Positions 23,005 through 34,995 of a DNA stretch of 64,000 bases are shown here, in pieces; position 1 is the first letter of the stretch, and the number at the start of each line of letters is the position of its first letter. The notes beneath the pieces were generated by a model. The model worked only from the letters and a program-made list of their open reading frames with translations, did not search any database and was not told the DNA's origin. Position numbers and translations under genes: made by a program. The stretch comes from an uncultured delta proteobacterium (lineage in GTDB: Bacteria; Desulfobacterota; Binatia; UBA9968): NCBI GenBank assembly GCA_963745835.1, contig CAVUZH010000025.1, forward strand, positions 96,001-160,000, written 5' to 3'.

Positions 23005-24122
23005 AGATCGCCTTCGTGAATGATCTTATATACGCCTATGCCATGGGCGCTCCTTCTGCCGTCGGCGGAGCGGAACGGCAGCAGTGGCTTTTGGCGCGCG
23101 CACTCGCTGCAGCTGGATGGCAAGTTACGGTGGGCGTTAGGCAATCATTAGAATATAAACGGCGAGTTGACATCGAAGGAGTAAGATTTGTAGGCATCGG
23201 CGAAGGCCAGATCTTGTTGTCCTGGTATCGTTTCCTGAAAGCGGAACAGCCCGATTGGTGGTACTGGCGCTGTGCAAGTCACCTGCTCGGACTTGCGACT
23301 ATTGCAGCAAAGTTCGCCAACGTGCGCATAATCTTTGCTGTTGGGTTCGATAGCGATGTTAACATTCGCTATGCTCTTTATCAGCGTCCTCGATGGTGGC
23401 CGCTCTATGCTTTGGGTGTTGCCTGGGCCGACAAAATTTTCGTTCAGAACGATAAACAACTTATAAGCCTGCCGCGACAGTGGCGAACTAAGACTTGGAA
23501 AGTCCCAAGCATAACTCCGGAACCTGGAGCCGTGATCCCGCAGACGCAACGCGCGCACTATGTTGCTTGGGTGGCGATGTTACGAAAGTTTAAGCGTCCG
23601 GACTTGCTCATAGAAATTGCTGGAAAAGCGCCCGATCTTTGTTTTGTAGTCTGTGGGGGGCTCACCACTTTTACGGCTGCTCCGGGTTACGGTGAAAAAA
23701 TGGTCGAAAGTCTGCAGGCTTTGCCGAATGTGCAATACCTTGGACAAGTTGCACCGGCTAAAGCTCTTCGGGTTATCAGCGAGGCGGCGATCTTTCTTTC
23801 CACTTCGGACGAAGAAGGGTTCCCAAATACATTTTTACAAGCCTGGGGCGCCGGCACTCCGGTAATCAGCTTGAGAATAGATCCAGATCAGGTAATCGAG
23901 CGTTACGCGCTAGGAAGAGTGTCCTGTACCGTCCAACAAGCGATCATTGATATTAGAGACTTACTTGGTTCGCCTGAAGCGCGAGAAGCTATATCTGGAC
24001 GCGCAAGACAATATGTGGCAAATCATCACAGCTCTTCTGCTCTCGTTAGCATGCTTGAGAATGTCACACTCGGTATTCTCCCTCCGATAACTGCGCAAAG
24101 TCAGAGTGCGAAGTTGGTTTGA
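23001..24122 (+). CDS. GT4 glycosyltransferase
   Basis: VGGAERQ, KRPD, STSDEEGFPNTFLQAW. Confidence 0.85.
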   Translation: MKIAFVNDLIYAYAMGAPSAVGGAERQQWLLARALAAAGWQVTVGVRQSLEYKRRVDIEGVRFVGIGEGQILLSWYRFLKAEQPDWWYWRCASHLLGLATIAAKFANVRIIFAVGFDSDVNIRYALYQRPRWWPLYALGVAWADKIFVQNDKQLISLPRQWRTKTWKVPSITPEPGAVIPQTQRAHYVAWVAMLRKFKRPDLLIEIAGKAPDLCFVVCGGLTTFTAAPGYGEKMVESLQALPNVQYLGQVAPAKALRVISEAAIFLSTSDEEGFPNTFLQAWGAGTPVISLRIDPDQVIERYALGRVSCTVQQAIIDIRDLLGSPEAREAISGRARQYVANHHSSSALVSMLENVTLGILPPITAQSQSAKLV

Positions 24123-24146
24123 TACGGCCTAAAAACTCTACAGACG

Positions 24147-25349
24147 ATGAAAGTTTTGATTCTCCATTCAGAGCTTGGTGTCCTCCGGGGCGGCGGAGAA
24201 AATTTCACGAGAAGCTTGTTTACTGCTTTTGCCAAGCGCGGTCATCAAATCGATGCAGCATTCGTAGCAGACATAAAGAGTAATTATCCGATTCCAATTC
24301 CCGCCGGCATCCGGCCGATTCCATTAGGCGGCTGGTGGTCGCCGGATTTTGGACAGAGGGAGTTGTCATTAGTAGGCCGCTACATTCCAGACGAAACTCG
24401 GCTGCGGAAGGAGTGGGATCGTATCCAGCAGGGAATCTCCTGGCGCACTTTCAGATGGCATAATAAGCGTTTTCAGCGCCGGGTTCAGCTCAGGTTTAGT
24501 AGAACTTGGTCGCAGTTCGATGCCGCATACGTACACGGTGATGCGATCCTGGCAAGTGAAGTTGCCCGTCATCTTCCAACCATTCTGTTTTTACCTGGGC
24601 CGGTGACGGCTGAGCTCGCTCCGCAGTTATTTGCGACTCAAGCAGTCTGCTCCAATGGCGATGCCTTAATCCAGATCCGAAAATTTTTGGGAAATCATGC
24701 CACTGAGCTTCCTGTAGGACTTGACCACGAGGTATTCAAGCCCGGTCCGACAACAATTCGTGAGAGACTTGGGTGGTCGGTTGAAGATCGCGTGGTCGGC
24801 TATGTCGGTCGGTTACACCATATAAAAGGTGTGGACCTTCTTTCCACTGCATTCCAGCAGGTGTCTGAAGTTGTGCGCAACGCCAGATTGCTGATCATTG
24901 GAAGAGGTGAAGAGGAAAAAAATATCCGGTCAGATTTGGCGGATGAAATCTCACGTGGGCTGGTTCATCTTGAGAGGGACGTCAAGCATGAGGGGCTTGC
25001 TGAATGGTACCGCGCAATGGACTTGATGATTATGCCCAGTAGATACGAAAACTTCTCGAATTCCCTGCTTGAAGGGATGGCTTGCGAGATACCCTTCTTG
25101 GGCTCTGATATTGGAGGGAATAGAATGATGGCCAACACCGGAGCAGGATGGGTCTTCCAACCAGGTTCTGCTTCGTCCCTGGCCGGCCGGTTAAGAGAAG
25201 TCCTAAAGAATAGCACTCAGCTGAAAAAGCGTGGAAGACTAGGGGCTCAGCACGTACAACGTCACCACAATTGGCAGTCGAGCGCCGCCCATTTGGAATC
25301 GATCCTCGGGCGCCATCTGGCGAACCGAAAGGATCAGATTCCGGCGTAA
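24147..25349 (+). CDS. GT4 glycosyltransferase
   Basis: GGGE, YVGRL..KG, PSRYENFSNSLLEGMA. Confidence 0.85.
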   Translation: MKVLILHSELGVLRGGGENFTRSLFTAFAKRGHQIDAAFVADIKSNYPIPIPAGIRPIPLGGWWSPDFGQRELSLVGRYIPDETRLRKEWDRIQQGISWRTFRWHNKRFQRRVQLRFSRTWSQFDAAYVHGDAILASEVARHLPTILFLPGPVTAELAPQLFATQAVCSNGDALIQIRKFLGNHATELPVGLDHEVFKPGPTTIRERLGWSVEDRVVGYVGRLHHIKGVDLLSTAFQQVSEVVRNARLLIIGRGEEEKNIRSDLADEISRGLVHLERDVKHEGLAEWYRAMDLMIMPSRYENFSNSLLEGMACEIPFLGSDIGGNRMMANTGAGWVFQPGSASSLAGRLREVLKNSTQLKKRGRLGAQHVQRHHNWQSSAAHLESILGRHLANRKDQIPA

Positions 25350-25403
25350 TGGGAGAGGTGACCCCTACTGCGCATCGGATACGCGGTAGAATCCAGTTAA
25401 AAC

Positions 25404-26722
25404 ATGCCTAAAGAACCGAGTATCGAACTAGCGGCCCGGCGGGCCAGACCAGATGGGGTAACATATACCCGCATCAGAATACCATCGAGCAACTCGAATT
25501 GGGCTTCTATGCGGCGATGGTTTACTCCCTCACGGCGGACGTTTGGGGCGTTTCGGTTCCGATGTTTGCCGGTGCTTTGTTCTTGGCTCTAGTAGCGCTT
25601 TGCATTTGGGAGCTTCGACCGTTTGCGAAAGCCGCTTACGCTCCTATTTGGCTGCTTCTTGCCTGCGGCATCACCTATATTTTAGTCCAAGTCGTGGTCC
25701 ACGAGGAAAGTATCAGAAGCGAAAGCACAAGGCCTTTCATTATCTGGATCACGCAACTGGCAATTGTCCACTCCCTTTGTTTGCGCCCAGGGTTTTCGCG
25801 ACGCTACCCCTGGTCTTGTTCTGTGTAGCTGCCCTGTCACTGCCATATTTAGCGTATAACACCGGGAACGTTGAGCGGGCACACGTTGAGCGTGATCTCG
25901 GCCTCGGTGGGGGATTAGCCAGCGTCAACGGCCTCGGCGAATGGTTTGGATTCTTTGCGATTTATTTTGCAATTTGCGGGCTCGAAACCAATCGTTTCAG
26001 TCATAGATTGGCAGCTTGGGGAACAGTGGTTGGTTGTCTACTCGTAGTCGGGTTGACGGTCAGTCGTGGATCCATGTTTGGCGCTGCTCTCGGAATCGTG
26101 ATCGCTTTCCGCTCTCTTCTCAAGCGGGGCTTTATACCGGTTCTCCTGCTACTAACGATTGCGGGGATCATTTACGAAAGTGGCTTGTTTGACCAAGCCG
26201 TTACTGGTTATGAGGAACGCGCCATGCAGGAGAGCGGTCGGGAGAGAATCTGGCCAGCCGTCATGAATAGAATTATGGATAATCCGGTTTTTGGCGTGGG
26301 GGAATCGAAAGTTGCCACACAGGTCTCCGCCGCGCGCTTTGACCAACCACACAACACGTTTCTTTACATCTCCCCTTGCCGCCGGAGTCATTCCTGCTGC
26401 GTTTCTGATTGCGTTCTTTATTCAGGCGGGCCGGAAATGTGCCATGCAGAGGAACATGCAAGGGGACGATTCCTTTCGAGTTCCGTATCTTGTCTTTACC
26501 TTCGTAGTGCTGATGCTCGGCGATTTGGGATTTATGGCTCCCTGGGCACTCCTGACGGTTGCGATCGGAGCAGGATGCACGGTCGTATATGGACGACAAC
26601 GTCTATTCGCAGTTCGCACAGGCAATAAAGTCAGGTTCGGAATATATGCAGGGCACGATGCCGGCGGGGCAGAGACAATCATTCAATCAAAAGCTACATA
26701 TGACGTAACGAGGACAAACTGA
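25404..26722 (+). CDS. O-antigen ligase / Wzy-like polymerase, about 3 frameshifts
   Basis: Multiple TM segments, LTVSRGS, SGRERIW..NPVFGVG, PHNTFL (Wzy_C signature). Confidence 0.75.
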
Positions 26723-26730
26723 AACTTGCC

Positions 26731-27855
26731 TTGCATTCAGATATATCCTCAAAAAGCTGCCGCATCCTTTACACGGTCGGGCAACTCGGTGCTGGCGGGC
26801 TGGAGCGCCAGCTTTACCTGCTTTTGAAGGGAATGGATCGGAACCGTTATAAACCGGCGGTGTTCGTCTGGAATTTTCATCAGGATGATAAGTACGTTTC
26901 GTTATTCCAACGCCTCGATGTTCCAATGCATTCTGCATCGAACTGCTCAAAGACAGCAAAGCTCGCCGCTATTCGGTGGCTAGCCGCACGACTAAAACCC
27001 GAATTGATCCATTCGTACACATTTCACACCAATATAGCGGCATGGTGGGCCGCGCTAGGAACGAAAACAATCCCTTTGGGTTCGGTGCGGAGTGACTTAG
27101 CCCAGGATAAAAAGGCTTCCGGCTTACTGCTGGGTCACATATGTTCTGGTTGGCCCAAACGACAAATTTATAATAATTTCGCTAGCGCGGAAAAAGCTCG
27201 ACGCTCTAGGGGTTTGTTTAAGCCTAAGGATGTGTTTGTTGTTCGCAACGGGTTGGACCTGGCGCAGTTCCGTAGCAGTCAATTGCCGACGGACGTGCCG
27301 GTTCGAATTCTAGGGCTAGGTTCGCTCCTGCCGGTCAAACGTTGGGATCGACTGCTGGTGGCCGGTTTGGCTTTAAAAAGAAGAAGTTTCCGATTTACAA
27401 TCGAAATCGCAGGGGGAGGTCCTTTGCGCCAATCCCTCGAAAAGCAGGCTAATGATTTGGGAATTCTGGATTGTGTTACTTTCAGGGGTCACACAGATGA
27501 TGTTCCCTCGCTGATTTCGACAGCAACTTTCCTGGCACATGCTTCCGACTTTGAAGGCTGTCCCAACGCTGTAATGGAGGCAATGGCGTGCGGCCGACCG
27601 GTAGTGGCAATGGACGCCGGGGACATTTCTTCGCTTATTGATAACGGCCAAACCGGGTTCGTAGTGCGCTTAGGCGATGTTGAAGAATTCATAGAGCGCA
27701 TGGCGACTCTAATCAACAATCGTGCGCTATGCCAACAGATGGGCGAAGCAGGCCGAGCAAAAGCGGAGCGGGAATTTGGGATTGATCGTCTGTTAAATGC
27801 TACATTTGATAGCTATCGCGCTGCGGGATGGAAAGATCCGGTTGAGTTTAGCTGA
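26731..27855 (+). CDS. GT4 glycosyltransferase
   Basis: GGLERQL, VVRNGLD, EGCPNAVMEAMACGRPVV. Confidence 0.88.
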   Translation: MHSDISSKSCRILYTVGQLGAGGLERQLYLLLKGMDRNRYKPAVFVWNFHQDDKYVSLFQRLDVPMHSASNCSKTAKLAAIRWLAARLKPELIHSYTFHTNIAAWWAALGTKTIPLGSVRSDLAQDKKASGLLLGHICSGWPKRQIYNNFASAEKARRSRGLFKPKDVFVVRNGLDLAQFRSSQLPTDVPVRILGLGSLLPVKRWDRLLVAGLALKRRSFRFTIEIAGGGPLRQSLEKQANDLGILDCVTFRGHTDDVPSLISTATFLAHASDFEGCPNAVMEAMACGRPVVAMDAGDISSLIDNGQTGFVVRLGDVEEFIERMATLINNRALCQQMGEAGRAKAEREFGIDRLLNATFDSYRAAGWKDPVEFS

Positions 27856-27880
27856 TCATGGCGGTCGGTGTCCGTAGTCA

Positions 27881-28927
27881 ATGCGAATCCTGACGATTAC
27901 GAACATGTACCCGAGTGTCAAAGCCCCGCATTCCGGGGTCTTTGTAGAGCAACAGATCACGGGTCTGAGAGCAATTGGACTGGAGGTGGATCTCATGGTT
28001 GTTGAGCGTCTGGAAAAGGGTATGACTTCATATGTCGGTTTAGGGCGCAGGGTAAGATCCAGAGTCAGAGCGCTCCAGCACACGGTTGTTCACGTGATGT
28101 ATGGCGGTGTGATGGCTAACATTGTGACGCGGGCAGTTACTGATAGGCCTACAGTCGTTACGTTTCACGGTTCCGATCTTCTTGGTGAGAACCTATCCGG
28201 GTGCGTGAGACGAATGATAGCAGGTTACGGTGTTCGGGCGTCCTGGGAAGCGGCGAGACGCGCAAGCCAAATTGTAACTGTATCAGAGGCTCTCAAAAAC
28301 GCCTTGCCGAATGACGTTGACAGAAGTAAAGTTCGAGTCATTCCTTGTGGCATTGACTTGGAGCGCTTCAAACCACTTGATCAGCGTGCGTGCCAAAATG
28401 CGCTAGGCTGGGATCGCGACGAGTTTCATGTTCTGTTCCCCGCAAATGGTGGCGATCCGGTTAAGCGATTTCATCTTGCTCAGTCGGCTGTCGACCTATT
28501 AAATGCATCACGCATTAAGACACAAATCCACCAACTCCGTGGAATCGACAATAGACAGGTGCCATTATGGTTGAACGCCAGTGATGTGTTGCTCCTCACC
28601 TCGTTGCACGAGGGATCCCCTACAATAATAAAAGAGGCCCTAGCGTGTGATTTGCCTGTAGTCTCCGTGGATGTGGGCGATATGAGCGAACGACTAAATG
28701 GAATTCCCGGATGCTATCTCAGCTCGTCCAGCCCAGACGCAATTGCTGCTAGACTCCGTATAGTTTATTTCGGCAATCGGCGGGTTAATGGTCGAGTTAA
28801 GATGCAGGCCCTGTCTTTAGAAAGGATCGCTCGTCAATTAAAGAACGTGTACGAGGAAATTGTCTTGTGCTTCGAAAACAAACACCGCGAGACTTTACCG
28901 AGAAATCATTCGCCATTCTCCGGCTGA
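27881..28927 (+). CDS. GT4 glycosyltransferase (TuaC-like)
   Basis: ITNMYP..GVFV..Q, TFHGSD, EGSPTIIKEALAC. Confidence 0.85.
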   Translation: MRILTITNMYPSVKAPHSGVFVEQQITGLRAIGLEVDLMVVERLEKGMTSYVGLGRRVRSRVRALQHTVVHVMYGGVMANIVTRAVTDRPTVVTFHGSDLLGENLSGCVRRMIAGYGVRASWEAARRASQIVTVSEALKNALPNDVDRSKVRVIPCGIDLERFKPLDQRACQNALGWDRDEFHVLFPANGGDPVKRFHLAQSAVDLLNASRIKTQIHQLRGIDNRQVPLWLNASDVLLLTSLHEGSPTIIKEALACDLPVVSVDVGDMSERLNGIPGCYLSSSSPDAIAARLRIVYFGNRRVNGRVKMQALSLERIARQLKNVYEEIVLCFENKHRETLPRNHSPFSG

Positions 28928-28950
28928 TTGTTTTCCCCGACTCTAACCAA

Positions 28951-31925
28951 TCACGGCACGTATTCGTACGCCCCGATATCAAAAGCCGACCCCTGTGGAC
29001 GGTTTACACCTGAAACATCAGTTGTTATCCCAATAGATGAGAGATCGATGCCCCTATCAATGGCACCGCTTCCTGACTTAAGACGGAAATCGTTGCCTGA
29101 TGGATTAAGAAATAGTGGGTCAGTGGTCATGTTGTTCGAGATTATCGTTCCGCTAGCCTGATTATTGATATCTGTAGCCCTGTTGTTTGTGCTGATGTTA
29201 TTTCTTACGATGACGCCCGTGCTGCTTTGATCAATATCGATTCCGTAACCATAGTTGTTATATAGTGTGTTGCTATAAATTTTACAGTTTAGGCAACGAT
29301 AATTGACCTGAATGCCGCCACCGAAGCCAGCACTGCCGTTTGAATAAATGAGATTGCTATAGACTTGATTGTTTGATCCAGAGGAAACGATTATTCCATA
29401 ACCCCCGCATCCATAACCCGTACATTGCAGGCCATTGTCGTGAATTGAGCTGTTCCTGACAACGTTGTCCGAGACGCTATTGTCGCCACTGTTGTATATA
29501 TGGATGCCGTAGTAACCGTTATTATAGACCTCAAGCCGCTCAAACAAATTGCCGTAACCAGTAATATACATACCATGTGGCGGACCGTATGACGTGGCGA
29601 CCGCATTATGATGAATTTTAGTGTTTAGAATTCGATTATTATGGGCGAAGACGTCTATGCCGCCCCTGGAAAATTTTTAACTTCACCATTCTGGAATGTG
29701 ATACGACTATCAACGCCGCAACAGATTCCAAATCCTACAGAATTCTGATCAGCATTGACACCGTCTATGATCAAACCGTTGAAAACCGTCCATTGGTTAG
29801 CAGTTGTCACACCGCCGATCATCGCCCCCTCACCGGAGGGTCTAATGGTAACGATTTCGGATTGATAGTTCGAAATAAAAGTTGGTGCGGCTGAAGTACC
29901 GCCAACAGGCCAACGCATCCGTTCTAAGTAGGTGCCACCACGAATATACAGAGTATCGCCACCACGCAATACACTGATTCCTTTTGCTATGCTTCTAAAT
30001 GGATTTGATATTGTGCCGGAATTCGAGTCGTTGCCGTTCGTCGCGATGTAATATGTGTTACCGGAAGTATTCTGGGTAGACGACGCAGCGCCTGCCGCAA
30101 CCGTTCCGCTGTCGGGTGTAGTTGTCGGGGCCGCCACGGTCAGCGCGAGTGTCACACTGAGAGTAAAAGCTGTGGTTCTAGTCACACCGCCTCCTGTAGA
30201 CGTCACGGTAATAGGAAAGCTACCGGCCGGCGTCGATCCGGTGGTATTAATCGTTAGTACCGTTGAGCAGGCTGGAGTGCAAGAAGCTGACGAAAAGGAC
30301 GCTGTTAGCGCCTGAAGGCAGTCCTGGATGTTGAAAACGAAATTGCTTGACTGGTTGCCGGATAACGAGTGCGGCAGCGATCGAGTTCGTCACGGAAGAC
30401 CCGGCAACAACGGATTTATCCCCGGAGTTCGAGGGAAAAGAGACGTAGCAGAACTTGAAAATCTCCTCCGGACTCTTGCTGGAAGTGGCTTGAATTTCCG
30501 TACTGGTTAAGGCTCGGTTGTGGACGCGGACCTCATCGATAAGACCCTTTGAAGTTTTCGCCGAATTGGCTTGCTCCTATTTGCAGAGTGCCGGTGCTGG
30601 GCGAGAGAGTCCTGGAAATATTGGAAGTCGCAACGGCAACGCCGTTTCGATAGAGAGTCAGGATTGAGCCGGTATAGGTTGCCGCCAAATGGGTCCAGGT
30701 GTTAGCCGGAAGAGGAGACGACTGGCATACATTATTACTGGTTTGTTCATCGAAGCCTGCCAGAGGGTTCCCGTTACCACAATAACCGGCAACACTCGCA
30801 TATAAATAGTACTTGTAGTTTTTAACCAGGATGGAACGAAAGTCGGTGAAAGAAGAAGCCGGATTGACCCAAGCCGAAAGCGTGAAGGAGCTGGATACAT
30901 CGAGAGAGTTTGAATCGGCTACCCGTGACGTGGTCGTCGATGCCGTCGAAGTATAATCCTTTGCCGATTCTTCCATCCGTCCACAGCGGTCCATTGGTTA
31001 GAGTCCCGGCGTTTCCGCTGCCTGACGAATCTGAAGCCGTTGTTCCACTTCCCTCATCGAATTTCCAGTGCGCAACAAGCCCCGATTCACGAACAGCGGA
31101 GTCTTGCTGGAACAGAGCTTGAATTTCCGTAGTCGTCAAGCCTCTGTTGTGAACGCGAACCTCATCGATCAGACCTTTGAAGTTTTCACCGAACTGGCTT
31201 GCTCCTATTTGAAGAGTGCCGGTGCTGGGTGAGAGAGTTTTGGAAATATTAGAAGTCGCAACGGCGACGCCGTTTCGATAGAGAGTCAGGATTGAGCCAG
31301 TATAGGTTGCCGCCAAATGGGTCCAGGTATTAGCGGGAAGAGGAGCTGGCTGGCATACAGCATTCGTGGTCTGTTCATCGAACCCTGCCAGAGGGTTCCC
31401 GGTGCCGCAATATCCGGCAGCGCTCGCATATAAGTAGTACTTGTAGTTCTTAACGAGTATGGAACGAAAGTCCGTGGAAGTAGAAGCTGGATTAACCCAA
31501 GCTGATAGGGTGAAGGAGCTGGTTACATCGAGGGAATTTGAATCGGCTACCGTCACATTGTCGTCAATCCCGTCAAAGTATAATCCGCCTCCAATCTTTC
31601 CAATGGCCCGGAGTGGACCGTTGATTAATGTTCCGTTGTTACCTTTGCCGGAAGAATCACATGCGGTGCTGCCGGTTCCCTCATCGAATTTCCAGTAGCC
31701 CACCAAGCTAGAATCTGTCCCATTGGAGGGGCTTGTCGGCGTCGAAGATACTGGGGATGTAACTGCCAGTGTGAGACCACTGGGAGCCGAGGGAGTGAGA
31801 GTAGAACACTGCGAATATGCTTCGGATTCAATAAAAATAGAGGAGAGGAATAGAATCAATACATTGAGCAAAAGGCCGTTCATTCTTTTTCTCAGGCAAT
31901 TTCCGGATTTAAACAGACAGTGCAC
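28951..31925 (-). CDS. Secreted protein: 2x LamG/ConA-like domains, Ser/Thr-rich Ig-like linker, right-handed beta-helix (DUF1565/PL9-like) and choice-of-anchor-Q-like tail; frameshifted
   Basis: Signal peptide; LVGYWKFDEG..FTLSAWV..WTHLAATY..IDEVR twice; YYIATNGNDSNSGT..PFRSI..GDTLYIRGGTY; DFRL..AIDRG..DIGAYEY; merges ORFs 30822, 30533, 29655 and 28951. Confidence 0.75.
30531..31705. repeat. Intragenic tandem duplication (two LamG-coding units of about 550 bp: ~30531-31078 and ~31160-31705)
   Basis: Highly similar DNA in both copies, e.g. gccgtttcgatagagagtcaggattgagcc. Confidence 0.9.
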
Positions 31926-32078
31926 AGTTCACTCTCCTTGCTCGTACTTTCTTAGTTCGACGGGGCATGCTGATTCGCGTGCGAATACAGGATGCGTATT
32001 GCTAGCCGTCAACTCTCTCGCCTCAGTTTACGGTCGTGCGTCTGCGTTGGGGTAGGTGGCCAAGGCAACTGGTTGAAA

Positions 32079-32094
32079 GGCAAGCTCGGTGCCA
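32079..32094 (-). promoter_or_regulatory. sigma54 -24/-12 promoter of the LamG/beta-helix gene
   Basis: Minus strand TGGCACC-GAGC-TTGCC with exact spacing, about 150 bp upstream of the start. Confidence 0.7.
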
Positions 32095-32137
32095 AAAAAA
32101 ACTCCGCCTAACATGGGAGCTTTACAAACCATCCGGG

Positions 32138-32155
32138 GTAAAGTCGTGACTTTAC
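32138..32155. promoter_or_regulatory. 8-2-8 inverted repeat, candidate operator or enhancer site
   Basis: GTAAAGTC-GT-GACTTTAC in the divergent intergenic region. Confidence 0.45.
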
Positions 32156-32319
32156 GGAACAAGCCGGTCAAGCACCATTGTTCGAAATCCGATTATTCGG
32201 CTGTTTAGGCTTGAACAAGAACAGCTTTCGCAGGAACTCGTGTCAGTTGTCTTCGCTGGATCATTATAAATGCATCTATTACCGCGGCTTGAGTTCCACC
32301 TTTATCCATTGAGGATTCC

Positions 32320-33414
32320 TTGTTGAAAGTTGCCAGCATAGTGGGTGCTCGACCGCAATTCATTAAGGCTGCCGCACTGACGCGAGTTGTGGCTAGCATC
32401 CCGCGATTCGAGCACCTGCTCGTTCACACCGGCCAACATTACGACGAAACCATGTCCGAGATCTTTTTCGAGGAACTGGATATTCCAAAGCCGGATTATA
32501 GTTTAGAAGTGGGTTCTGGAACTCATGGAGCTCAAACCGGCAAGATGCTGAGCGCCATCGAGGAGGTTCTCTTAAAAGTAGTGCCCGACATCGCGCTGGT
32601 ATTTGGCGATACTAACTCGACGCTCGCCGGAGCGCTGGCTGCAGTGAAACTCCACATTCCGGTGGCGCATGTGGAAGCGGGGTTGCGCTCATTCAATCGC
32701 CGCATGCCAGAGGAGATCAACCGAGTCTTGACCGATCATGCCTCAGATCTGCTGTTTGCTCCAACGGCCGCCAGTGTAGAAAATCTCACGAACGAAGGAC
32801 TCGCGGCCGATCGAATCTTTGCCGTGGGTGATGTTATGTACGACGTTGCGCTTTATTACGGCGATAAGGCGGAGAGACGCAGCCGGATTCTGGAACAGCT
32901 GTGTTTGAAGCCTAAGCAGTATGTCCTCGCCACCATTCACAGAGCGGAGAATACCGATGATGTCCAATGTCTCCGAAATATCTTTGAAGGTTTGGACTTG
33001 GTAGCCCAGGAAGTCAACGTGATTGTTCCACTCCACCCCCGTACGGGCCAGGTGGCTAAACACTTAGGATTAGCTTTTCAGCACGCTCGCGTAATCGAGC
33101 CGCTCGGGTATTTGGATATGGTCATGCTCGAGAAACAATCTCGTTTGATCGCTACGGATTCAGGAGGCGTGCAAAAAGAAGCTTTCTTTTACAATGTACC
33201 TTGTGTCACTTTGCGGAGCGAGACTGAATGGATCGAGTTGCTAGAGCTGGGATGGAACCGCCTGGTACCGCCGTTAGCGCCAGCGAAAATAGCGGAGGCA
33301 ATCTTGGAGAGCTTGGATCAATCCGGCGCTTCAGCTTCTCCTTATGGGAAAGGGAACGCAGCTCTTAAAATCGTCGACGTGATTACCGACCGGTCTGAGT
33401 TTCGCGCGCAATAA
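32320..33414 (+). CDS. wecB: Non-hydrolysing UDP-N-acetylhexosamine 2-epimerase (WecB/WbpI-like)
   Basis: VGARPQFIK, HTGQHYD, GDTNSTL, HVEAGLRS, TDSGGVQKEA. Confidence 0.92.
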   Translation: MLKVASIVGARPQFIKAAALTRVVASIPRFEHLLVHTGQHYDETMSEIFFEELDIPKPDYSLEVGSGTHGAQTGKMLSAIEEVLLKVVPDIALVFGDTNSTLAGALAAVKLHIPVAHVEAGLRSFNRRMPEEINRVLTDHASDLLFAPTAASVENLTNEGLAADRIFAVGDVMYDVALYYGDKAERRSRILEQLCLKPKQYVLATIHRAENTDDVQCLRNIFEGLDLVAQEVNVIVPLHPRTGQVAKHLGLAFQHARVIEPLGYLDMVMLEKQSRLIATDSGGVQKEAFFYNVPCVTLRSETEWIELLELGWNRLVPPLAPAKIAEAILESLDQSGASASPYGKGNAALKIVDVITDRSEFRAQ

Positions 33415-33434
33415 GCGCGTCCCGGAAATCCATC

Positions 33435-34683
33435 GTGCATATCTTGATTTTGACTCAGTACTATCCACCAGAGACGGGAGCTCCGCAAAACAGACTCTCC
33501 GACCTAGCCCGACGGCTGACGAATTCGGGCCATGATCTCACCGTTTTGACGGCGATGCCGAACTATCCCGGGGGCGAGATCTTCAAAGAGTACCGAAATC
33601 GTTTTCTCGTCAAAGATAAACATGCCGGCATCAAGGTTATTCGCACCTGGATATATGCAACAAAGAAGAAAACCTTCGTCCCACGCCTACTAAACTATTT
33701 CTCGTTTGTTGTTTCTTCCCTTGCATTAGGCATATGGAAGATTGGTTCACCGGACTTCGTGATCGTGGAATCGCCGCCACTATTTCTTGGCATCTCCGGG
33801 TTTCTGCTGAGCGCTTCTAAGAACGCGAAGCTGGTGTTGAACGTGTCCGACTTATGGCCTGATTCAGCTGTCGCTATGGGCGTTCTCAGTAATAACGTGC
33901 TTATCCGAGCATCGAGGGAGCTCGAGGAGTTCTTATATAGACGCTCGGCTCTGATCACCGGCCAGACACGCGGGATCGTCGATAACATTCAATCGCGATT
34001 TCCTAATAAAGAGGTAGCTCTCATCACCAATGGCGTTGATGTTGCCGCATTTCTGGATGCCTCGATCTCCGCTCAAAGGACGAAAATAAGGCGAGAATTC
34101 GCGCTAGAAGGTAAGTTCGTCATCGGCTATGCCGGGCTGCACGGCTTGGCGCAAGGTTTGGACACAGTCATTCACGCTGCTCGCTTGCTGGTTGATCATC
34201 AGGACGTGCTATTTGCTTTTTTTGGAGACGGCCCGGAAAAGGAAAAGCTTGTACAACAGGTCGATCAATATCGGGTTGAAAAACGTCCGCTTTTATTCGT
34301 CACAGCCGAGCGGGCGTATGCCGGCAGTGGTTGGATCGTTCGACCTCGCTTTAATCCCGTTGAAACGGCTAGAACTTTTCAAAGGAGCTTTGCCTTCCAA
34401 GATGTTTGAAGCAATGGCTGCTGCCGTACCCCTTCTCGCCAGCATCGAGGGTGAGGCGCGCGAACTCGTAGAGAAAGCGCAGGCTGGGCTGTGTATAGAA
34501 CCCGAGAATTTTCAAGCTATGGCGGATGCAATTTTGAAATTATACCAAGATCCACAACTCCTAAAGAGTTTTGGGCGTAACGGCCAGCAATACGTTATCG
34601 AGCACTTCGACAGACAAAAGATTGCTGATCGGTTCGAACGACTTCTTATGCATGACTATCGTGCTGAAATGGCATCTGCTTGA
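33435..34683 (+). CDS. GT4 glycosyltransferase (WbuB-like), frameshift near 34270
   Basis: TQYYPPETGA, PNYP, ESPPLF, DLWPDS, YAGLHG.AQGL, PSKMFEAMA. Confidence 0.85.
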
Positions 34684-34995
34684 GCAGTTACATAGCCGAG
34701 ATGAAGAATCTTGCCGCCGCGAGGAGCTTTTGTGTTAAGAATCTCATCCGCAATATGCATCACGCGGCGTCCTTTCTTCTGAAGTCAGTTCTTTCCGCTG
34801 TTGGAGTTAACTCGACCCACCTATCCGAAAAGCGGTCTTACGTGTTCGGGTTGCCCGAAACTCAGGGGAAGCACAGCGCACGTCGTGGATGAGATCAGGG
34901 TTTTCTCGTACATTGCTCCCTTAATTGCCTTCGGGATCGGATCCGCTGAGTCGCTAGCCTATCCGTAAGACCCATCAGCAAGTGGCACTCAAACT

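Noticed and set aside
34680-34892. 70-aa ORF between the GT4 gene and the hypothetical protein
   Set aside because: TTG start, no RBS or recognisable motif
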